Source: a virus
IMG/VR virus record: IMGVR_UViG_3300017782_004332
Coordinates: 1 to 64,000 of that record
DNA: 64,000 nt
Direction: 5' to 3' (one strand)
In this document: positions 18,199 to 27,801 of the stretch, in pieces
Layout: the number at the start of each line of letters is the position of its first letter
Position numbering within the stretch: the stretch's first letter is position 1
Notes under the pieces: model-generated
Told to the model about the DNA's origin: nothing
The model's database searches: none
The model's input: the letters and a program-made list of their open reading frames with translations, nothing else
Translations under genes and position numbers: made by a program

Positions 18199-20868
18199 AT
18201 GTCAGTAAAAGTAATTGATAGTTTTAGACTAGTAGTAGCCAAAAAAGGCGCTTCAAATATAGGATCAGTTGAAGCAGATGCAGATAACGATACACTAACC
18301 ATTGAAGCGGGTACAGGTATTGGATTAACTGTTGATCCAGCAACAGATACCCTTACAATTATCAACGAACAGCAAAGTGAAGCATTACTGGCGGCTAGAA
18401 GTCCTATCTATATTAGAGCAGATGACTCGGCGATTGTACAAGTAGGACCAGGTGAAAACTTTGGTATACTTGGCGCCGGCGTTGCTACTACAGCATCAAA
18501 TGCTGAAGGCGACATTACTGTTACAGTTCCAGCAACACTTTCAAGTTACACAAACGATACAAATTTTATTGCAGGCGATAATCTAGGCGATCGTGCTGAT
18601 GTGGTAATCACAAGTGTCGCTGACAATGATCTATTACAGTATGACACAGCAAGTGGCGAGTGGCAAAACAAATCAATTACAAACGCAGGATTTGCAACAG
18701 TATCAACCACAGGTGTTTACGGTGATTTAACAACAAGACCAAACATTTCTTTCACAGGCGATGTAACAGGCGGCACTGGCGGACAACTAGCAGGTGGTGC
18801 TTCTAATATTGCAATAACACTTGCTAACTCAGGAATCGCGGCAGGAACATACAGTGGATTTACAGTTGATGCTAAAGGTAGAATTACAGCGTTCAACCAA
18901 GCAGATGCAAGTTCGGAAACACTAACAAGCGTTACAAACAGAAATAACTCAACAACAAATTCAATTACAATTGGTGGATTATCAATTGGAACAGCATATT
19001 CATTACCGACTACAATAGGTAGTGACGGAACAGTATTAAAAATACAAAACGGGGTATTACAATTTTTACCTGGAAGTGCTGAAGGAACTTTAAGAATTGT
19101 TGCTGATGATAGTACAGAAAGAACGATTGAATCAGGAGAAGTTTTACAAATAGTTGGTACTGGCCCAGTGTCAACATCAACTGATGCTGAGGGAAAACTT
19201 ACAATTAATTCAACTCCTACTATTGATCAAGTATTAGGGTATGGTTCATCTACAACTAAACATTTAACTACAGGAAATCTTACAGTTGGAAATGTAACAA
19301 TGCCAACTACATTAGGTGCTGACGGAACTGTTCTTAAAGTACAAAATGGTGAGTTAAGATTTATTGCTGGTGGAGAGGATAGTTTTGCTCTTAGAGTATC
19401 AGCAGACGATTCTACAGAAAGATTTATAAATTACGGAGAAGTACTACAATTTGTTGGTAGTGGTGATGTTTCTACATCAACCGATATTGATGGACAGGTT
19501 ACAATTACATCAGCACCAACATTAGATAATGTTCTTGGAAATGGTAATGCATCTACAGAAGCAGTAAACTTCCAAGGTAATGTTACATTAGGTAGCGATA
19601 CTAGTGATAGTATTACTGCTAACGGATTGTTCTTAGGTAGATTTCCATTATCATTAGATGGTCAAACAGCAGGTAACAGTTTATATACTAGACTTGAAGT
19701 CGTAGATCCAACAGCCCTTAGAACAATTACTATACCTGATGCAACAGGTACTATGGCATTTGTTGGTGCTGACCTATCAACATTTACTAATGATTCAAAC
19801 TTTATTACAAATAGTGACAATACATCAGGTAATGCAGGAACTGCAACACTTTTACAAACTGCTAGAAATTTTAGTGTAACTGGATCAGTAACAGCAAGTA
19901 ATGTGTCCTTTAATGGTAGTGGTGATGTTGTACTTAATACTACATTTACAAATAATAATATAAGTCAATTTACAAATGACTCAGGATTTGTTACCGACGG
20001 TCTAACAACAGCAACTCCGGTTAGCACGTTGCCAAACGATGCAAATTACATGAGTAAGTTTTTTATCTCTGCAGATGATAGTACAGCAATACAAGTTAAC
20101 GGCGATGAACAAATTAAAATTTACGGCGGAGGCAATGTTACAACATCAAGTGATGCTGAAGGAAATATTCAAGTTACTTCGTCAAACGATCTAAGCGACT
20201 ATAATAACGATGCAGGATTTAACACACAAAATGATACTATTACACTAACAGGTGATGTTAGTGGTTCTGGTAGAACAACAATCAATACAACATTAAACGT
20301 TGCACTATCAAACGTTGTTCCTGGTACATATAATTTAGTAACAGTTGATACTAAAGGTATTGTTCAAAGTGCAGAACTAAAAACATACATTGAAGCAGGA
20401 ACATTATTAGAACAAGATCTAGCAGGTAGTGTATTTGCTGATGATAGTACTCTAATTATTGATGGCGTAAGTGGTAGAGTGTATACAAGTGTTCTTACAA
20501 TCAACGAGGGTGTACAAGAAAAATTTGCAACTAAATCTAGTGCCACAGGTGTTGTAGCACACGATTGTTCAACTGGACATATTTTTAGACATAGTAGTAT
20601 TAGTGCAGACTTTACAGCAAACTTTACAAATTTAACTTTAGAGCAAGGTTATGCAACAACAATGACTCTAAGTTTAGATCAAGGCAACACAGCATATATG
20701 CCAACAGCAGTACAGATAGGTGGTGTTGCACAAACTATTGTGTGGCAAGGTAATAGTGCACCTAGCGGCACAGACAACGGTGAAGACGTTGTGAGTTTTA
20801 GCATTCTTAGAACTGGTGCATCAGCATACACAGTTTTAGGACAAAGAGTATCATTTGGAGGCGTATAA
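18199..20868 (+). CDS. Tail fiber-like virion protein with ADDS(T) repeats
   Basis: Thr/Gly/Asp-rich; TVDAKGRIT, TGDVSG and repeated ADDST modules. Confidence 0.75.
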   Translation: MSVKVIDSFRLVVAKKGASNIGSVEADADNDTLTIEAGTGIGLTVDPATDTLTIINEQQSEALLAARSPIYIRADDSAIVQVGPGENFGILGAGVATTASNAEGDITVTVPATLSSYTNDTNFIAGDNLGDRADVVITSVADNDLLQYDTASGEWQNKSITNAGFATVSTTGVYGDLTTRPNISFTGDVTGGTGGQLAGGASNIAITLANSGIAAGTYSGFTVDAKGRITAFNQADASSETLTSVTNRNNSTTNSITIGGLSIGTAYSLPTTIGSDGTVLKIQNGVLQFLPGSAEGTLRIVADDSTERTIESGEVLQIVGTGPVSTSTDAEGKLTINSTPTIDQVLGYGSSTTKHLTTGNLTVGNVTMPTTLGADGTVLKVQNGELRFIAGGEDSFALRVSADDSTERFINYGEVLQFVGSGDVSTSTDIDGQVTITSAPTLDNVLGNGNASTEAVNFQGNVTLGSDTSDSITANGLFLGRFPLSLDGQTAGNSLYTRLEVVDPTALRTITIPDATGTMAFVGADLSTFTNDSNFITNSDNTSGNAGTATLLQTARNFSVTGSVTASNVSFNGSGDVVLNTTFTNNNISQFTNDSGFVTDGLTTATPVSTLPNDANYMSKFFISADDSTAIQVNGDEQIKIYGGGNVTTSSDAEGNIQVTSSNDLSDYNNDAGFNTQNDTITLTGDVSGSGRTTINTTLNVALSNVVPGTYNLVTVDTKGIVQSAELKTYIEAGTLLEQDLAGSVFADDSTLIIDGVSGRVYTSVLTINEGVQEKFATKSSATGVVAHDCSTGHIFRHSSISADFTANFTNLTLEQGYATTMTLSLDQGNTAYMPTAVQIGGVAQTIVWQGNSAPSGTDNGEDVVSFSILRTGASAYTVLGQRVSFGGV

Positions 20869-21728
20869 TGCCTTTCGTTAGCAGTTTCACAGGATCATTT
20901 GCAGTAGGAAGAAGAGCCAATGCGTTTGGCAGTACTCCTGATCCCTGGTCACCATCAACAGACATAACAACTGCTTCGTGGGTAGATGCCAGTGACAGTT
21001 CTAATTACACAAGAAGTGGGACATCATTACTGTCAGTCACCGATAAGGCAGGCACATACACAATGACAGTGGGTGGTAATCCTATAACTAACAGCAGTAC
21101 ACAAAACGGTTTGAATGTTTTTGACTTTGATGGCAATGGTGACTATCTACAAAGTACAGATTATCTAGCACAGGTATCAAGTGGCAATCACTGGGCAATA
21201 GGTGTATTTAAATACGATGGATCAAACGCCACAACAGATACATTTTGGAGTGTTGAAACTAATGGTTCGCCAAAAAGAGATTATTCTATTAGTTCTGGTG
21301 CTAGTAACGATACTTGGCCTGGTGAGTTAGATTTGGATGGACTGATTACAAACAGGATCTCATCAACTATAGGAAACAAACAGGATTTCGATTCAGGTAT
21401 CACTATCAGCACATGGACTATTGTTGCTTGTTATTTTAACAAAACTGGTAATTCAATCGGTTGTAGAGTTAATGGTGCTGACAGTTTTACTCCAGTTAAC
21501 GATTATGATAATTCACTTCAAACAAATCAACAACTGAGATTAATGAGAAATAGATCCTCACAAGAACTAGAAGGTCAGTTAGCAGAGTTTTTTGCTGTAG
21601 CAAACATACCAGGCACAGGTGGCACTGACATCAGCACACTACAAAAAGCAGAAGGATATCTTGCTCATAAATGGGGGTTAACGAGCAGTTTGGCAAGCGG
21701 ACATCCTTATAAGAGTTCAGCACCATAA
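20868..21728 (+). CDS. Virion protein, LamG/lectin-like
   Basis: WVDASD, FDFDGNGDYL, EGYLAHKWG..HPYK. Confidence 0.6.
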   Translation: MPFVSSFTGSFAVGRRANAFGSTPDPWSPSTDITTASWVDASDSSNYTRSGTSLLSVTDKAGTYTMTVGGNPITNSSTQNGLNVFDFDGNGDYLQSTDYLAQVSSGNHWAIGVFKYDGSNATTDTFWSVETNGSPKRDYSISSGASNDTWPGELDLDGLITNRISSTIGNKQDFDSGITISTWTIVACYFNKTGNSIGCRVNGADSFTPVNDYDNSLQTNQQLRLMRNRSSQELEGQLAEFFAVANIPGTGGTDISTLQKAEGYLAHKWGLTSSLASGHPYKSSAP

Positions 21729-21761
21729 TAGAATAAATACTCATATAACAAGGAGCAGGGT

Positions 21762-22199
21762 ATGTATGAGTATAAATGTAAAGTATTAAGAGTAGTAGAC
21801 GGTGACACTGTCGATGTGGATATCGACCTAGGATTTGGCATGTGGATGCACAAAGAACGAGTACGTATGATGGGTATTGACACTCCAGAATCAAGAACAC
21901 GTGATAAAGTGGAGAAAGCATTTGGACTGGCATCAAAGGCAAGACTCAAAGAACTATTACCAATCGGATCTATGTCAGTTCTCAAAACAGAAATTGATAG
22001 AAGCGGAGAAGACAAAAAAGGAAAATTCGGAAGAATCCTTGGAGACTTCATCGTTGACGACAAGAGATGCACTGACATACTTATTGAAGAGGGATATGCT
22101 GTAGCATACTTCGGCGGATCCAAAGAAGAAGTTCAAATGAAACACATGGCTAACAGAGAAAAACTCTTAAGAGAAGGTGTAGTTAAACTTCCAAAATAA
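21762..22199 (+). CDS. Thermonuclease (SNase-like) family protein
   Basis: RVVDGDTVD, RMMGIDTPE, KFGRILG. Confidence 0.88.
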   Translation: MYEYKCKVLRVVDGDTVDVDIDLGFGMWMHKERVRMMGIDTPESRTRDKVEKAFGLASKARLKELLPIGSMSVLKTEIDRSGEDKKGKFGRILGDFIVDDKRCTDILIEEGYAVAYFGGSKEEVQMKHMANREKLLREGVVKLPK

Positions 22200-22251
22200 A
22201 TAGTACTACTAAGGCAACTTAGAAGCAAAGGCACATTAAAGGAGCAAAGGC

Positions 22252-22725
22252 ATGAAAACAACTATCCAACCATCTGATCTAGATGTTATTTCCGAAAAAA
22301 ACGAAAATTCGGTAAAATTGGTAAAATCACATATTGACAAAGATGCTGAATTAGTGTATTATAATGGTATTACTGGTATTAATGGTAATACAAATGAAAA
22401 CACATGGAGGCATGAAATGGCAAAAAGTAAAGAGGTACTTGATAACATTAAATCAATCTGTCGTACAACGTGGGGCGATGAGAATGTTTATGAAGGACCA
22501 TCAGGCAAATACAAATGGGAACTAGGCAGAGATACAGGCAATGGTATAATCAATGGAGTTGTTAGAAAATTTATCGCTGAAGATAAAGATGGCAATGAAA
22601 TTTACACAGTTGCAGGTTCTTTCAAGATCAATCATGACGGCGAAGTTACACGTTGGACTGGTCTTCCGAGACGATACCAAAGAGAAGCAAGTGATTTAGT
22701 TAAAGCATTAAACGGCGGCAGTTAA
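22252..22725 (+). CDS. Hypothetical protein with a second in-frame start at 22417
   Basis: AAGGAG before 22252; GGAGG before 22417; internal sigma70 promoter at 22334-22362. Confidence 0.6.
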   Translation: MKTTIQPSDLDVISEKNENSVKLVKSHIDKDAELVYYNGITGINGNTNENTWRHEMAKSKEVLDNIKSICRTTWGDENVYEGPSGKYKWELGRDTGNGIINGVVRKFIAEDKDGNEIYTVAGSFKINHDGEVTRWTGLPRRYQREASDLVKALNGGS

Positions 22726-22938
22726 ATGTTGTTTAGTAATTGGTTTAAGTATATAGATAGAGATACTGCTATCGACATATGGGCAACAAGATTGTCGTCA
22801 GTTGATAAAACTATTAATCTATTACAAAATAAATCATCACAAGATGTGTGGGCATTAAAGTATTGGCAAGATGTTCGCAGAATATTAACACGACAACTGG
22901 ATAATATATGTCAAGTTCGATTGGACGAAAAATATTAA
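22726..22938 (+). CDS. Hypothetical protein
   Basis: Abutting ORF. Confidence 0.55.
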   Translation: MLFSNWFKYIDRDTAIDIWATRLSSVDKTINLLQNKSSQDVWALKYWQDVRRILTRQLDNICQVRLDEKY

Positions 22939-23558
22939 AGAAGGTAAAATATATCTTAATGATATTAGTTGCTCTAATTACAGCATTTACATTAGGATCA
23001 TTTACGCCGAACTCTATGGTTATATCTAACATAGAAGATATTGAACATAGGAAATCAGTTGTGTCAGCACAGAAACTAGGTTTACTAGAACCTAGATTTG
23101 AATATACTGATGATCAAACATTTGTTGAAGCAGTTTACAAATGTATTGATTACCTAAACTACACAACAATGCCTGAAAAAAGAATCCCTAGTGGATTGAT
23201 TGTTGCAATGGCAGGAATTGAAAGTGGTTGGGGAACTAGTAGATTTGCTAATGAGGGAAATGCACTGTTTGGTGTTCGTACATGGAGTCTCGACACTGTA
23301 CCGCATATGAAACCTAAAGCAATACCTGACGCTAACTTTGGTGTTAAGAAATATAAAACTAAATGTCAAAGTGTAAAAGATGTAGTAAGAATTTTAAATT
23401 CTCATCCAGCATATAAAGAGTTTCGAAAAGAACGTGATCGACAGTACAAAGGAAATTTTAGAAATTGGGATACCTTAGTACCGTTAATTGCTCCTTGGAG
23501 TACAACAGAAGAATACGGCGATATAATCTTATCAACTATTAAAAAAAGGGGATTCTAA
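22908..23558 (+). CDS. Glucosaminidase (GH73/Bax-like) with N-terminal anchor
   Basis: AMAGIESGWGTSRFANEGNALFG; LNSHPAY. Confidence 0.85.
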   Translation: MSSSIGRKILKKVKYILMILVALITAFTLGSFTPNSMVISNIEDIEHRKSVVSAQKLGLLEPRFEYTDDQTFVEAVYKCIDYLNYTTMPEKRIPSGLIVAMAGIESGWGTSRFANEGNALFGVRTWSLDTVPHMKPKAIPDANFGVKKYKTKCQSVKDVVRILNSHPAYKEFRKERDRQYKGNFRNWDTLVPLIAPWSTTEEYGDIILSTIKKRGF

Positions 23559-24017
23559 ATGACAATGCATTTAGCACGTGGCCTTACCACGAATAATACA
23601 AAGAAAAGAAAACGTAAGATTACAAAATCCAAATTAGATAAATGGACAGAAGAACTTCGTAAACGTAACAAAGAATTTAAAAAAATGGGTCAACCAAACT
23701 TAACAATGACCATTGCAGAATATATTGATTATGTTCACGGTGAATATAAGCCAAAGACGTCACCGAGAACAGAACTAAAAGACCCGTGGCATTACACACC
23801 ACCGGTTGTACGAGAAACACCTAATTATCCAAGCCTAACATCTAAAGAAAGTTTTGCACCTGCAACCAAAAGACAACACATGCAGTACACAGGTGAACGT
23901 AAACTTGTAGGCATTGCTACATTACACAAAAGTAATATGGTACCAGTTTTTGCGGACGATGACGATAAAGACGGCAAAAAACAAGCAACTGAGATTGCCC
24001 AAATGAGGCGTAATTAA
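23559..24017 (+). CDS. Conserved T4-like phage hypothetical protein
   Basis: YTG..GIATLHKSNMVPV..AQMRR. Confidence 0.7.
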   Translation: MTMHLARGLTTNNTKKRKRKITKSKLDKWTEELRKRNKEFKKMGQPNLTMTIAEYIDYVHGEYKPKTSPRTELKDPWHYTPPVVRETPNYPSLTSKESFAPATKRQHMQYTGERKLVGIATLHKSNMVPVFADDDDKDGKKQATEIAQMRRN

Positions 24018-24042
24018 AGTTGCCAAAATGACAACTTTTAGG

Positions 24043-24073
24043 TTGACAAAACCGGTAAAGATGTTATTATATA
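24043..24073 (+). promoter_or_regulatory. Sigma70-type promoter of the lipoprotein cluster
   Basis: TTGACA...TATTAT. Confidence 0.6.
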
Positions 24074-24104
24074 AAAGTAGGCTAAAACAAAAGGAGAGGC
24101 TAAA

Positions 24105-24596
24105 ATGAAAGGCAAAGTAAAAAACGCAGTAATGGGAGTAATTCTAGCATCCATGCTAGGTGCATGTAGCACAATGACTCAGGTTGCTGAAAGAGATACT
24201 TATGCAGAACCTAAATGGTATGCAAAGTGTCAAGAGATGGGGACAGAAGGTAACTTCTTGTTCTGGTTTGGTACTGATTACGTTTATGCTTGTGGTAAAG
24301 GCGTAAGCACACATGATCAAGCCGCAGTTGCTCAGGCAAAGACTTTCGCACTAAAAGGTGTTGCTGAAAGAATCCATAGTAACATTAAGGCATCTACTAT
24401 AGTAGATATCAAAGACGAAAACAAGAAAACAAGAACATTTGTTGAGCATATTGTTGATAAGACAGCAGTAAGACGTCAACTTGAGTCAGACAAGTACACA
24501 TATATGTATGGTGGTAATTATCACACATTTATAAAGATCAAGATGACTAAAGAAACGTTTGATGCACTAATCAACGAAGCAAAAGCAGGGAACTAA
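24105..24596 (+). CDS. Lipoprotein (LPP20-like)
   Basis: Lipobox LGAC; PKWY. Confidence 0.7.
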   Translation: MKGKVKNAVMGVILASMLGACSTMTQVAERDTYAEPKWYAKCQEMGTEGNFLFWFGTDYVYACGKGVSTHDQAAVAQAKTFALKGVAERIHSNIKASTIVDIKDENKKTRTFVEHIVDKTAVRRQLESDKYTYMYGGNYHTFIKIKMTKETFDALINEAKAGN

Positions 24597-24598
24597 AA

Positions 24599-24970
24599 AT
24601 GAAGTATCTTTATACTGTTTCACTTGTTGTGGCTGTAACATTGTTATCTGCGTGTGGTACAACATCTCACCAGATAACAACAGACACAAAATATCAAAAA
24701 CCATATTGTAATACAGAGCAAACAATTATAACAGATACAGATTCTAACGGTGATGCAGTAAGTTCTAAAACCGTTGTTCAATGCAGTGACAAATCAGATG
24801 GTATGGACCATCCACTTGTTAAAACAGGTGTAGCAAAAGAATGTGGTATATTTTATCATCCAATGAATATAGGAGGTCAAAGTGTTTGGGAACCAGGAAT
24901 GTCATGCTTTATCGGCGATGAAGCAACAGGGTATTGGGTCGTTGTTCCGATGCCTGGTAGTCATTATTAG
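24599..24970 (+). CDS. Lipoprotein
   Basis: Lipobox LSAC. Confidence 0.7.
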   Translation: MKYLYTVSLVVAVTLLSACGTTSHQITTDTKYQKPYCNTEQTIITDTDSNGDAVSSKTVVQCSDKSDGMDHPLVKTGVAKECGIFYHPMNIGGQSVWEPGMSCFIGDEATGYWVVVPMPGSHY

Positions 24971-25370
24971 TGTACTATCATTAGGTGCGTGTTCGGCAGG
25001 TCAAACAGGACCTGTTGCTAAAAATGTTATTGTACATAACAACCATGAACGAATAGAATCATCATGGCAAATGGGTTGGAAGTTATACGAAGACTTAAAA
25101 TGGAACCTTCCCGAAAGCAGTACTAAACTTCATAACAATGCAGTTATGATTGCACTAAGACAAAGTAAAACAGGTGAGTCGGTACAATGGTGGGATGCCA
25201 AATCTAATGCACACGGTTATTCAAAAGTGTATAGAAGTTATCCTGTTAGCGGTGGCTATTGTAGAGATACAGTTACTAATGTAGTATATGAGACCAATAA
25301 CCGATTATGGGACTATGTGGCTTGTACATATAACGAAGCGGCAAGTTGGACAATTACATTAAGAAATTAG
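24918..25370 (+). CDS. Lipoprotein, RT0821/17-kDa surface antigen-like
   Basis: Lipobox LGAC; GESVQW...YCR...AC motif; start uncertain (24882 or 24918). Confidence 0.65.
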   Translation: MKQQGIGSLFRCLVVIISVLSLGACSAGQTGPVAKNVIVHNNHERIESSWQMGWKLYEDLKWNLPESSTKLHNNAVMIALRQSKTGESVQWWDAKSNAHGYSKVYRSYPVSGGYCRDTVTNVVYETNNRLWDYVACTYNEAASWTITLRN

Positions 25371-25430
25371 TTGACAGACAACTAATAACTGTGTATATTT
25401 GTTAATAATATAATAAGGTTAAATATAAAC

Positions 25431-27413
25431 ATGATATTAGGAATTTTAACATTTTTATCTGCTCTTACTATAAGTGCAGTTGCTATATATTATAGTGTAG
25501 CAGGACTTGCCGCAATATTCGCGGCCGCAGTTATTCCCATTATTGTTATGGGTGTAGCATTAGAAGTTGGTAAACTTGTAACCGCAGTATGGTTGCATAG
25601 GTACTGGAGCCAAGCCACGTGGTGGTTAAAAACTTATCTTAGTTTAGCAGTATTCATCCTCATGTTTATTACAAGCATGGGTATCTTTGGTTTCTTATCA
25701 AAAGCACATATTGAACAAACTAGTTTATCACAAGAACAAGTTGCTCTTATTGAAACACTAGACGACAAAGAAACACGTAGTAGTGCAAAGATTGAAAGAT
25801 GGCGTGGCGAACTAGATCGCTTGATGTCTGGTGAAGATGTTCGTGTAGATAGCCTTATTGAAAAAGAAGAAATAGGCTTAGACAAAATTTATGCTCGTAT
25901 TAACAACGAAAAAGATGCTCTTAGAGAAGATGCAAAGTTTAAAGTAGAACAGCAACAAACACGTATCAAACAAGCACAGGATAGACGTGATGCAGAAATT
26001 ACCGCCGCAGAAAAGAAGTTTGAAGGATCATTCGGCGGAACAAAAGCATATGATGATGCAGTTAAAAAAGCAAAGCAAAATGAATTAAGTGTGGCTTCAA
26101 GAGCACAAAAAGAAATACTTGCAGTCAATACAAAACTAGATGAAGACTTATCTAAAGTTGATGTCAAGTATGCAGACGATATTAAAGCAATTAATGATCG
26201 TATTCAAAACCTACGTAATCAAGCAAATACTAAGACAGTAGACATTGATAGTCGTGTAGACGAACTAGAAAGTTTAATTGAAACTGAACAGGTTAAAATA
26301 GATGCAGTCAATGAAGAAAAGTTTGGGTACGAAAAAGAGTATCGTAAACTAGAAGCAGAAGTAGGTCCTATTAAGTATATTGCAGAATTCATATATGGTG
26401 AAGATGCAAATCAAAACTTGTTAGAAGCCGCAGTGCGTTGGGTTATTATCATTATTATATTTGTATTTGATCCACTTGCAGTACTATTGCTTATTGCATC
26501 ACAATACACATTTAACTGGAACAGGATTCAGAAGGGCGGTGTTTTGCCGGGAAAGTTCGATCCCGATCCTAGACCAACATTTACGGATGATGATTGGGAT
26601 CAAGCACACAGAGACAATTATGAATTTGATCGTGCAAAGAAGATAGACGAAAACAAAGGTCCAGAAATAGAAGAACCAAAACAAGAATCAGTGTTGTCAA
26701 AGCATGACACTGATCAATATTTGATATGGCCTGAAGTAGACCCAGATATTAAAAATGTCGAGCCTAAAGAACAAACATTACACGAAATGGCCATGGAAGG
26801 GTTTAGACAAGAGCAACAGGATTACGAACAAGCAGAACTAGACTTCAATAAAGAACCCGACGTCAAAAAAAAACTTCTCAATGAGAGTGACGAAGATTAC
26901 AACAAAAGAATCTGGAAGTTAGAAAACCCTGAGTCTACAATAGACCAACAAAAAAAACTTAAAGATAAAAATCTTATTGTATCGCTACCATGGGACGATG
27001 TAGACAACACTATCCAAGATATGAAAGAAGATGGTGAATGGCCTAAGCAAAAAGTTGACGACTTAGATGCATGGAATGAATGGGTCGAAAAAGCAAATGC
27101 TGAAGCAGAACAGAATCCAGAAGGAAAACCACAACTAACCGAAGTAATAGAACCGAAAGGATTTATTCAAAATGAAGAACAACAAACAGGACTATGGAAT
27201 CAAATCGAAACAAAACGACAAGAACCAAACGACGAAAGTAAAAAACTTGAAATCGATGAACAACAGTATAGGGACGCTAGTCAAAGAAAATTGGAAGAAA
27301 CAATTAAAAGAATCAAACAAGGATCCATTTCAATCGATGACTTCAGTGGTAAGGAAAAGGATAAAATAATTAGTGCAATAGAGAACGAGGAAAAAATTGA
27401 CAAAGAAAATTAA
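25431..27413 (+). CDS. Membrane-anchored coiled-coil protein
   Basis: N-terminal TM helices (YYSVAGL, LEVGK, TSMGIFGFLSKAH), long coiled coil, VFDPLAV TM, acidic tail. Confidence 0.75.
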   Translation: MILGILTFLSALTISAVAIYYSVAGLAAIFAAAVIPIIVMGVALEVGKLVTAVWLHRYWSQATWWLKTYLSLAVFILMFITSMGIFGFLSKAHIEQTSLSQEQVALIETLDDKETRSSAKIERWRGELDRLMSGEDVRVDSLIEKEEIGLDKIYARINNEKDALREDAKFKVEQQQTRIKQAQDRRDAEITAAEKKFEGSFGGTKAYDDAVKKAKQNELSVASRAQKEILAVNTKLDEDLSKVDVKYADDIKAINDRIQNLRNQANTKTVDIDSRVDELESLIETEQVKIDAVNEEKFGYEKEYRKLEAEVGPIKYIAEFIYGEDANQNLLEAAVRWVIIIIIFVFDPLAVLLLIASQYTFNWNRIQKGGVLPGKFDPDPRPTFTDDDWDQAHRDNYEFDRAKKIDENKGPEIEEPKQESVLSKHDTDQYLIWPEVDPDIKNVEPKEQTLHEMAMEGFRQEQQDYEQAELDFNKEPDVKKKLLNESDEDYNKRIWKLENPESTIDQQKKLKDKNLIVSLPWDDVDNTIQDMKEDGEWPKQKVDDLDAWNEWVEKANAEAEQNPEGKPQLTEVIEPKGFIQNEEQQTGLWNQIETKRQEPNDESKKLEIDEQQYRDASQRKLEETIKRIKQGSISIDDFSGKEKDKIISAIENEEKIDKEN

Positions 27414-27801
27414 TCTAATAAGTCCGCCCGATAGGTTACATAATAATAACTTTACATTCAATCTTATTAATACAACGCCCGAAGAACAAGAAGCGGTGAG
27501 CATGTTCTTAGCAAAGAATGACGTCGCTGAAGAAGTTAACGTTTATGTGTATAATAATGAATCCAATCCGAATTGGTTATTAGAAACTGTAGATGGTAAA
27601 AATAATACCTATATTAATCTTGACAACACCGGTGATATTAGTGTAAAATATACTAGTTACATGTTAAGTCAGAGTAACGTTTATTATAATACTAACGATG
27701 ATAATAGTAGTGAGATTTATAGTTTAATTAATCCCAATAGGATTTCATCAGTAACACAATTTTTGGATACGATATATGAGCAAAGAAACAACAACAAATA
27801 A
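27397..27801 (+). CDS. Hypothetical protein
   Basis: ISPPD motif; overlaps both neighbours. Confidence 0.6.
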   Translation: MTKKINLISPPDRLHNNNFTFNLINTTPEEQEAVSMFLAKNDVAEEVNVYVYNNESNPNWLLETVDGKNNTYINLDNTGDISVKYTSYMLSQSNVYYNTNDDNSSEIYSLINPNRISSVTQFLDTIYEQRNNNK

